DNA of 64,000 nucleotides. It comes from Antedon mediterranea. Lineage: Eukaryota; Animalia; Echinodermata. The notes under the pieces were generated by a model, which did no database searches, was not told the origin of the DNA, and saw nothing but the letters and a program-made list of their open reading frames with translations. Each line of letters starts with the position of its first letter. The first letter of the stretch is position 1. Shown here piece after piece: positions 25,950 to 36,399 of this stretch. Both the position numbers and the translations under genes were made by a program. The DNA is taken from positions 8,980,201-9,044,200 of the forward strand of contig NC_092670.1 of NCBI RefSeq assembly GCF_964355755.1, read 5' to 3'.

Positions 25950-27570
25950 AACTAGATTTAATTCGTCACTATGACGAATTATAGGTTATATGCATTGATT
26001 TAAATAAAGATAATTGATTTGTAAAAGATATTTTGATTGATTGATTTTCTCAGATTCTTTAATTATTTATAATATATGATAGAGAGGACCTTGCTAACGC
26101 GAATACAATAGCCGGTATCACAATCCGATCAAAGATCCCTCTGCGTATAATGTCATAAACCACATTTGTTGTTACATAATAATAAAGACATAAGTTACTT
26201 TTTATCTAGATTTCATTATAAATCATGTGTATAATCTATATAATACACTAAGAAATAAATTTGAACAAACAATACGGATAATAAAAAAAAATCTTATTTC
26301 GTTTCCCAAGGTGAGACTCGATCTCGGTACCTTGAATGCCATAGACACGAGCACAGACCATCGAGCCAAACACAACTAACTAAAAATTGTAGAAAAATTC
26401 CTCCGTGTATTTACTATGCAGTAACCACTTTGGTGCAAATAGATTATTACATACCGCAATGAATTATAATTTTTTACTATGATGACATCTTTAAAAATGT
26501 AAAAAAATGATGCACTGTCAAACTATATACTTTTAACTTTAATATATGAACTTCTTAAGAAAGAAAGTTAATGTTAATTAAGTTTGGTATTTTGGCCTAA
26601 GAAAATGTCATAATTTGTTTGATTGTCGAAATTATTTTTTTTTAAATTGAATATGCAATTAATGATGACTTAATCAACTTTTGTTCTCTTTATTTGATAA
26701 TAAATCATACATATGATACATACACTTCAAGAAAATGAAATAAGAAATAGGTGTTCCTCTGCATTCTGACGATATATATTAATTTTAAAATTTAGCATAT
26801 TTTCACCATTTTGTTAACTTATACGTGCGTAGCCAGTCACTTTTGACGTGCTCGTATAACGCAATTTCGATTTGAAACCTGAATCAAATATGATGATATT
26901 ATTAAAGAAAGATTGTAAAACAGAAATCGGGCAAAAAGAGTGCGCATTAACGTTTAACGCGCAGTGCGCGTGCAAAAATCTGCGCACTCATGGCAATTTT
27001 TTAAACGCTTAAAATTGCCTGAAACGTATTCTAATTTCATCGAAAATAAATTTTGACAATTTTGAACATTTTAAGCGCGCGTACGCAAGCGTTATATGCG
27101 CTACGCACGTAATTTTATTGCCATATGATGAAATATGACCTGAAATTTATGAGTACCAAATTTATTAATTATTAATTGTGATTCATGCTTGTGAAGATAT
27201 GATTACAAACGTGATTTCGTAAAATCGCGCGTAGACCGCGTAATTTTTGATTACGCATCGTGAAAATATAACCACATCGATTCCTGGCCATGAGGAATAT
27301 ACTCTGAAAACTTGACTTAGATAGATGAAACTGATATCAAGATAATTCACGGACAAAATAGTGCTAAGGAAAGAATAAATAAATAAATAAAGATTTTGAC
27401 AGAATCAAGAGGTTATATGCATGATAATGCATATAACCTAATAAATAAATAAATAAATAAAGATTTTGACAGAATCAAGAGGTTATATGCATATCATGCA
27501 TATAACCTAATAAATAAATAAAGATTTTGACAGAATCAAGAGGTTATATGCATATCATGCATATAACCTA
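25950..27570 (-). mobile_element. HINE copy 2 with triplicated terminal module
   Basis: Same termini as copy 1; AAGATTTTGACAGAATCAAGAGGTTATATGCAT..ATGCATATAACCTA repeated 3 times at ~27390-27570. Confidence 0.75.
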
Positions 27571-28512
27571 AAAATAGGCCTCTTATTATCAGGAAATGGG
27601 CCCAAACTACTAATACTATATGCATATAATCTCTGCTTCCATACCTTGATTGTTGCAAACTTGTAACTCTCCCTTCTGCAGTCGAATCTCTTTATGTAAC
27701 TGTTTATTTGTAATTTTATTTGTACTATTGTTTGTTTCTCTTGATATGGACTTGTTCAAAATTCAATAAATTTGAATTGGAAATAGTAGTTAACTCAATC
27801 GGAGAGCCGCGTTGGGAATTATGACCGTTATTGAGAAATTGTGGACTTCGCATGACATACATATACATACTGTACATACTTTAAACTTTTATACATATAA
27901 TATATTATACATACATACATACACAAAAGCGTTAATGTTTCGCTCGAAAACATTAGCATAAAGTATAGGTCATATCTCTAAACATTAGTGTACATCATCC
28001 GTCAATGTCTTATCGTTAGCATTTTTTTATAACAATAATAAGTAAATGTCGTCATATGGCCTTTTCAAGTCAACATATCTTTTATTCAATAAGGGTAATA
28101 TTATGCATATGTACAATAGAGAATAAAATGAAAACTGAAGCAAAATAAAAAATAAAGGAAATACTAAACAGAAAAGCAAATAATTAAACATATATATATA
28201 ATCTATATACCCATATTAAACCGGACAGAAAATAGACAAATAAACAAATCATAAATTATTAGTATTACTATTATTATAAAAAGACAAAATAAATTATTAA
28301 ATTTAACCAAAAAGTCATTTAATTTTTTTCCTTTAATTTCAGGTTTTTCTAGTAGGAAAATAAGTGGATATAATCTTTTTTTTTTTAAACTGTTATGTCA
28401 CATTAAAATAGATTATTCAACAATTTTCAGGGGGACAATAATATCTTATATAAATATTTATCTTCATTCAATGAACATTTGTAACAATTAATTTAAATTT
28501 AACACTCACTAG

Positions 28513-28703
28513 ACGAATGGGACGCTGGCTTAACGGGAATCGACACATTTACAAATAACGGAGATACTTACTTAGTAGTTGTGAATCAGGATAACTGTGT
28601 ACAGAACACAATAGTGTACATATGGGACAATTCGACTAATGAATGTAAAATTCATCAACCTATTCCTGTGGAGCATTGTTCGTACAGATCTACCATTTCC
28701 AAA
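28513..28703 (+). pseudogene. EPTP/EAR-repeat exon (open) of the MAM-EPTP gene
   Basis: AG at 28511-28512, GTAAGT at 28704; reads DEWDAGLTGIDTFTNNGDTYLVVVNQDNCVQNTIVYIWDNSTNECKIHQPIPVE, matching EPTP consensus F...G..YLVV.N....S.IY.W......Q.I; phase 1 fits the MAM exon. Confidence 0.75.
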
Positions 28704-29137
28704 GTAAGTATATTAAGTATTAAATAAATTCATCTGGTTCCAATTATAATTAACTGGAATATTTTTACTTCTATGTTGAACCAAAAAATACATACACAAT
28801 ACATACATACACCCATGCATACCTACATATTTATACCAATTTTTGGTTCATAAAAGTAATAATTTTCCAGTTAAGTTCAAGTACGCTACACACACTTGAG
28901 TGTGTATCGTCTTTACAAAACAGAAATTGGGAGGTGGCCAATTTTGATTGATATTGCTTTTTAAATTGAAAAGTCTGACAAAAAAAAGAGTGCTGCAGGT
29001 ACACTAATGAAACAAACCTAAATTGATATCAAAATGTATGCGAATCAACCAATCTTTCGAGTTGTTTTTTTGGGGTTTTAGCAATTAGCATGTTTGTATT
29101 AAAGCGCATCTTTAAGTATATTATTCTTTATTTACAG

Positions 29138-29403
29138 GTTGGCGGAGAAGTGTTTATGATAATAACCACAAGCAGAACGGAATCACGTGATGCTGATGAC
29201 GATTTGAACTCTATACTACGTCATCACCAATATTTAAATTAGAAGGGAGTATGTTCGTAAGTTACGGAGCGATACCATCACACAAATGTTATGATATAAC
29301 ATTTTTTGAACGAGATGGGGAGTACTTTTTGGGTCAGTCGAATAAACGAAATGCAAATGGTGGTACGACTAATCCAATCTTCAACATATACCAATGGGTG
29401 TAG
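29138..29403 (+). pseudogene. Terminal EPTP/EAR-repeat exon with one frameshift
   Basis: Phase-0 acceptor; VGGEVFMIIT.. / YTTSSPIFKLEGSMFVSYGAIPSHKCYDITFFERDGEYFLGQSN..FNIYQWV*; frameshift at ~29210. Confidence 0.75.
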
Positions 29404-29870
29404 TTGATGTAAATTTTAAAAGGTATGGCGCTCGTTAATTTTTAAAACTCGATATTACGGAAGCTGATTTTGAGAGGCCCTCAACAATACAAGCGACATA
29501 AAAACATTACAAGTAAAAATATATTTAAAGGCAAAAATGTAAAAAGGTTAGGAAGATTTAAAATTTAAATTTTCTTGCAATTTCTAATTGAAACGTCTAA
29601 AGAGTTAAAATATTTAGGTCCTTTATAATTAAAAGAATGTTTAAAAAGTTCACATTGAGGTCTTGCAACAACGAGATCACACCTGGAAAGTTGCCGGGTA
29701 GACATTCTACCATTGGCAGTAATTCTGGCAAGCCCACGGTAGATGTTAGTTTGGGCGAGATTGGCAAGACAGTCCGTTTGATAGTCAGAATCAGTAGGGA
29801 GTAGAAATGGTGTTAAAAAAGTTGACGGGAATTAGGAGTAGTGTAAGGAAGTTGGAGAATAGTTTGCATA
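29404..29870 (-). mobile_element. 3' fragment of a CR1/L2-group LINE
   Basis: Minus strand ITANGRMSTRQLSRCDLVVARPQCELFKHSFNYKGPKYFNSL; related to 39559-39873. Confidence 0.65.
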
Positions 29871-32810
29871 ACCAATCCAAACTTCAACAATTACCAATGG
29901 GTGTGTATTTGCAGATCCAGCTCTCTTGTCCTGTGCCTTATTGAACTAAAACGTGCAAAAAACTTATTTAATATTTCAATGTTTGTTTGACACATTTAAA
30001 TATTACTTGCTGTAGTAATCTTGTAATCTTTATATATGTATAAATCTATAGAAGTCTTATCAAGGTAAAAAGTGGTCAGAAAATAGACAAAATAGAACTA
30101 GAATAGTATGACTACATCCCTGTCGCTCTACACGTTGTCTACTACTTAGATGTATAACGTAACGTGATTATACCATGGATGAAGTACGTCCTCTATACCC
30201 AATACACGAGCGGTATTTTTATATATAATTCTTACAATATGGTATTGTTTATGTTGAACTTCTGTTGTCATGGTTACCGCATGTTTTAGTTGTTAATATG
30301 TATGGTCATGTTTATGAAAAATATTGACTATTAGTATTAATATTTGTAAAATGCATATATAACAATGGTTAGGCTTAATAATTTATTTAATTAAAGATGT
30401 ATTGTCCCCCTGAACAAATAATTTTAAAAAATATTTTTGTTGAATAGGCCATTTTAATGATACATAAAGTTATTCACTTTGAAATAAAATTTGATCGAAA
30501 AAAAAAATTATTTACCTGAGAAAATCTTAAGGTAAAGTAATAAATAGTCAACCGGAAGTCGGTTGGCTGGCAGCCAGCTGGCTTCCGGTTTAATTTAACC
30601 CTTGACCTGAATTAGCTTATGAATTATGCATATTGTATGATTCTTGTGCGTGTATGTGACCTCTAGGTCATCACAAAAAAATACGACGTGATATGGCGAG
30701 ACGACGTTGTGGGAAAGTTCTGTAGTTTAACAACAAAAAAACAACTCCTATCTTGAAAAAAATACTATGGCTAGGCCCTAGCAGATTGGTAAGTAAGAAC
30801 TGTAGTTTCTATAGTGCAGTTTTGTTAGTTAGTATAGGAAGCCTAGTTAGCCCAGTACAGCTGTACTGGCATAGAGTAGGCCTAGGCCTAGTAGTAGCTA
30901 GTCTGCTAGTAGTACTAGTTGTACTTGTAGGCCTGAGTGAGTAGTAGGCCTAGCTAATACTAATAGATCTAACTTGTAGGCCTTATTAATAGTTATTATC
31001 TGTGAGCATGGAGTAAAGAATAAGGTTTTAGTAGTGTGAATTTTGACACCACCACCTCGTCTTATTTTTAGTATAATACTATAATAATAGTCCTTCATCA
31101 TTATTCATATCACTTTTCATTCATTTTAAAACATTTAATTTTCTTTTCTATGTAGAGTTTGTGATTTAAAAAAATTATACATAACTTACGAGCAGCGATA
31201 CCCAAAAAGCTAAAACTTGTGAATGGCTGCCAAAAATAAAAAAATAAGGTCACCACCAGGGCCAGGAGAGATTATGGTGCTTGGTTTTTCCTTCATGATT
31301 AATTACATTTTAATGCTAATATAAATTTGTGAAAATTGTAACTAGGCCTATACTGTACATCCAATAATGTAATTTTTTTTTTCTTTTACAGAAAATGACC
31401 AAATAATCTAAGTTCAATATTTTTTGGAATGTGTACTTTACAGTACTTAGTACTGTTATGTTGAAAATTCTTCTTTTTATGTAGATATTTTAATAAAAAA
31501 TGTCTTTCTTTTAATAGGTATTAACACACTAATTGAATGAACAATATGAGCAAGTAGTGGAAAATGGTGAAGAAATCAACACAAAATGTGGTAGCAACAT
31601 TCACAATATTTATTTGAACGTTTCTTACTATGACACTTTAAAATGGATGAACAATCACAGAAGACAAGCTATTGCTGTAATGCCACAATCAACACATCAA
31701 TTAATAGTTAATAAATTGTCAACAATAATGCAGAAATTCAATGAAATATACTGTACTAGTAATTAACTCATTTTTTTTACTGTACTGTACTGTAAATCTT
31801 CACACATTAAAATTATGGAGATTTTATCTCATGTACTGTAGTAGTATTTTTATTTATTTAATGCTATGTTTGCAAAATAATTTCAAATGTTATTGCTCTA
31901 ATTATGTAAACTATACAACATTTTAAAAGCTGGAAAACAACCAACACATTTGCCGAATGCTTTATGATAGTCATCCAATATTTATCTTGTGTTCTATTAC
32001 CGAGTCTACCGCCAGTTGCCTTTATGCAGAATTGATGTACCCTCTGTTCCAGTCTTCATTAGCTTAAGTCTATAAATTTAAAAACAATGATGTATAAATA
32101 CAAAATTCAAAAAGAAAAGTATATTATATTATTAATATTTCACAATTTATTGCATACATATAATTATTATTTCTGTACATGAATCTGAAGTTTTCAATTT
32201 GGGGTACTACTAATGTACAGTAAGGAATTCATGAAAAGTGCATCTCCTCCCTCAAAAAGGCCTAGTCTAATTACTAGTGTTTTGGTTGCTATCAACAACA
32301 ATCTATTCTACCGTCAACTTCTTTGGTACTGTATCCTGATCATTTTCCAAATGTTTTTTTTTTGTCATAAGTTACTCTTTTTTTAGACTTTAAAATTAAT
32401 TCGAGCTCCAAATGTAATATCAATGGTACAGTAACATAGTAGGCCTATTTCCTGTAGCTAGTTGTGGAGTGATGACCTAGCTAGGTGAGTACGATATATA
32501 GGACCTAGCTAGGCCTCAAAGTGGGTTCCCGTCTACTTTTCTTACCCGATATCTGCCTGCCTACAGCTGCTACACTACACAGTAGTAAACTACTAACTAG
32601 GCCCTAGATAGTAGGCTTATATTATAGCCCTAGCCTAGATAGCCAAGCCTATAACTATACGGCAAAAACGTCTAGTTTGCGATATATAACTATTATAGGA
32701 GGATGTCTCATTCATCTAAAATAAAATTCTACTTACGTTACCAGCAAATTAACGGCAGAGCTTTTTACATCATACGATCAGGGAAACCCCAGCACTTTCT
32801 TCTGTTCGTC

Positions 32811-34444
32811 CATGGATTAAAGAATAGATGGATATGCATCGACGTGAGATCAAGGGTTCCTTGACTCTCGCCGACAGACCGCGAACCGCCCACAATGTTA
32901 CAGTTTAATTAACCGCATGGTAACATCGAAACGGTCGCGTGCCCAATATATTGTTTACTGTACATGTGCAACGACATTTAACCTTGTTGGCTACGCTTCT
33001 TTCGCGCGTTCTTTGGTGGCATGATGTTTTTAGCGCTAGCAACAATACATATTTGAACAGTATAATCAGTGGCGTAACGGCTATGTGCGCTCACTGGCTA
33101 AACCCAGGGGCCCTGAAGCTTGGGGCCCATGAGCAGTGCCCAGAGGAACAGGCATAAAATATGTCGAAAATGCTAAAAACGTCCGAGGCCTCGATCTTTG
33201 AAACTTGGAGGGCCACTTAGGTTTCCTAAACAAGTGGCTTCAGGCCTCTGCCTCACGCCACTGAGTATAATGTTTATTGAAAACAGTTATTAAATTACAT
33301 TGTATGTTATTGTGAAGACCCTAGTGTAGGTCTACTTCATCAATATACCAGATAAAAACAATACTATATTGTTATTGGCTTAGAATTGTAGATGCTATAA
33401 TTGTAATTAGTATAGGTTTCTGCCGCGATTGATCTACGCTAATGTTTTTATGACATTAAAGTAGCATTTTATGAGACAATAACTAGTTGTTGTCTCAGCG
33501 CGCCTACATGTAAAATTACAAAATCAGCAAGGATACTAGGCCTTCTAGGCTTACTAGTAAACCATATGATTTGCCGACATTGATACTGCCTAGGTAGGCC
33601 TAGGCTAATCTTAAGTGTAGTAGATACAATGCGTAATCATGATCTATATACTCACCGTTGTCTTACTTCTTGTGTGAATAATAATAGGTACTTCGTTTGT
33701 TCGTGATTAAGTTTGCCCTGCGTTTACTTTTCAAAACGACCGCTAGGTAACGTATCGCAACTATACATAGCCAGCCAATCCCGGATCTGGGATCGCTGTT
33801 TTCATTCAATTAGGCCCGGTGATTGGATGTGATGTGGATGACATAACCATTAGCCAATCACCAGGCACTACAATTTAAATATAATCACATCGATAATTAA
33901 GGAGATTTATGAAGAAACCACTGCTTAGCCATATATTAAAAACACGATTGTTGTATGTGTGAACACCGGCCACGCTAACATCATACATGGTCAAATGCAT
34001 AATTTAATATTCTATAGATTAACGCAATTTTAATGACAGAAGATGGCAGGCAAATAATAATAATTCAAATATAAAAATTGCATATTTTATTAATATTACC
34101 AACTACTTAAAATTACCAGTCGTAAGAAAGTGAACTTTTCGTAGTCCGATTGTGATGAAACTAAAACAGAATTGTTCAGCAATATATTTTTGTTGTCAAT
34201 TAATCATCGACGCAGACATGTCAATAGAACATTCAGACTTCGCATACGATTTCTACATGGTTACGTTTTGGTCTAAAAAAATGTAACAGTTGATTCGCAG
34301 CGTTCTACAGAGGGCCGCGGTTAGAGACACGGAGTTCAATGAGCGTGTTTGTTTGATTGGCAGCAGTGCTTTAGTATAGGCAAGCGCGTTATAAAATCAT
34401 TTGATGTCACCGTCGATGCATACCCTTCTATTCTTTAATCCATG
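32811..34444. mobile_element. Non-autonomous P-like element nested in Kolobok copy 2
   Basis: TIR CATGGATTAAAGAATAGA / TCTATTCTTTAATCCATG; 7-bp TSD GTTCGTC; empty site in copy 1 at ~15048. Confidence 0.85.
33067..33263. mobile_element. hAT-type MITE nested in the P-like element
   Basis: CAGTGGCGT...ACGCCACTG ends; 8-bp TSD AGTATAAT. Confidence 0.85.
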
Positions 34445-34833
34445 GTTCGTCGCACATGCTTGTTTATGTGGTGAAGATAACAGATCGGATCTCCCCTGTT
34501 TGGATGCTCATTAACATATCATGCATATTTATGAGTTGTTAGCTAACCATCGTTATTTAGGAATTTCTGAGCTTATGAGTTCGAAAAAATGGTAAGCTTA
34601 TTTTGATTTTTTATAAGCGAAATCAATATTTTTTTCTGATTTTTTTTCGGCGAAAGTGAATAACTTTATTATAACTACAAAACGGTCTATTCAAAATTTG
34701 ATTTTTCTCATCTTTATTTTTCATGTTTTGGGGGACAATACAACTTTAAAATATAAGCATAGGTGTTAGATAATTATTATCCAGCACGTTTGTTTTTAGT
34801 CATATTATAATAAAGTTGAAATAATGCTGTAAC

Positions 34834-34875
34834 CAGGGAAGAGTTAAATTACAATTGTAATTTAACTCTTCCCTG
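34834..34875. mobile_element. 42-bp palindrome, putative P-type excision footprint (same family as 11405)
   Basis: CAGGGAAGAGTTAAATT-ACAATTGT-AATTTAACTCTTCCCTG flanked by CTGTAAC on both sides. Confidence 0.75.
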
Positions 34876-36188
34876 CTGTAACTGAGTTTAGTGATTATTT
34901 AACAGTCGGAGAGCCGCGTTGGGAAATATGACCGTTATCGCTGAATTTTCGACTTCGCATGACGTCATAAATTTTAGAAGCCCTCTCTCGGCACAGAAGC
35001 GTCAACGTTTCGCGCGAAAACATTAGTATAAAGTATAGGCTACGTCATTTTATAGCTGTTTAATAAACATTAATAGGCGTAAAATTAACCATATATGGTA
35101 AGATCAGTTCCTTATATGTTTAAGATGTCACAGGTCACCTAATTTTCTGAATAATTTGTTGGATTTGTTGTCAGTGACAGTTTCTTTCCAAAGTTCGTGT
35201 GCAGCCGTCAAAACTGAAGTTTTCTAACAGTTGTTTGTTTACAAATTTCCCATTAGTGGGATTTGCATCCCATACAGTGAATTACCAAAAACTCGACGTA
35301 TATGGATAAAGTAAGTATCAATAGTCTGTTTTACGTTAAAATTGGCTTGAAACCCTATTTAAGCTTCGATTACAGACTGTGCTTGTTATTAGCTGAAGGG
35401 TCAGATCCCTTCCTGGAATTGACATTCGTTATATTTTAGTTACCTAGGAGTACGTTATGTTGTAATTAATAAATAAAAATAATTCTGCTCTTTAGTGCTA
35501 CTTTAAATCGTTGGGAAGAATTAATGATGCCTGTCTATTTAGCTTAAAATCAAGAAATGTCGTTGTGTCGCGACAGTTTGTTATAAATAAGTTAATCTTG
35601 TACATTAAAACTAGTATTCAGTTGTGATTGATAATTGCTATACAGCTGCAAATTATACAACAACTTGTAGTGCTGGTTTATCTATTCTAAACTTATATAA
35701 ACCACAATGTATTCTTGCTAGTAACAATATTCATAAACATAAAGTTATAAAAAGTACAAGAACATTATTATCGATATTTTTCGTAACAAATAAATCGATC
35801 TGGTAAGGCTTACAAGCAAACTGGAAGTTTGATAAAGCAAGCATTCATTGTTCTGCTTTAGGCCTACACACCTTGAGAAAAAATAATGAAATCGTGAATA
35901 ACAAACAGTGATACAGAAACTGGTGGTGCTTGTTTTCTATCTTTAAGTTTTAAATAGCACAGTGTATTATTGCTCCAATATGAATAATATAAGGAAGTAC
36001 AAAGTACAATAACAGGCCTCTCATTGTTACGGATCTTTTTATCTAATAAACAAATCTTTCTAGTACCGGTAAATCGGAAGTGTGGTAATTGTAAAAGAAA
36101 AAATGAAACAAATTTATGCTCCAAATATTATTTGTTTTACAGCTTTATATAAGGCAGCTTTAAAAGTTCAACAATATTTACTGATTAA

Positions 36189-36270
36189 TTTTTAGTCGCG
36201 TGGACGCGACTCAATAGTTCACTATGTCGGTCGGTCGGTCTGTCGGTCTGTCTGTCGGTCCGGTATCATT
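36189..36270 (+). mobile_element. 5' end of a second HINE family
   Basis: TTTTTAGTCGCGTGGACGCGACT hairpin followed by (GTCG/GTCT)n microsatellite. Confidence 0.6.
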
Positions 36271-36399
36271 AATGCGTTTTATCGCTTTTCTGTACTTTTT
36301 GAACTGTTTTGATATACAGAAAAGTTTTAAAGTACATTACTTTTTGAAAGTTGGCCTTGTTCATCAATGTGTAGCTTATGGAGTCTTGTAAATCAAAAT

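Larger units (their letters stand above)
30395..34745. mobile_element. Non-autonomous Kolobok-type DNA transposon, copy 2
   Basis: TTAA-AGATGTATTGTCCCC...GGGGACAATACAACT-TTAA; colinear with 12435-15342. Confidence 0.9.
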
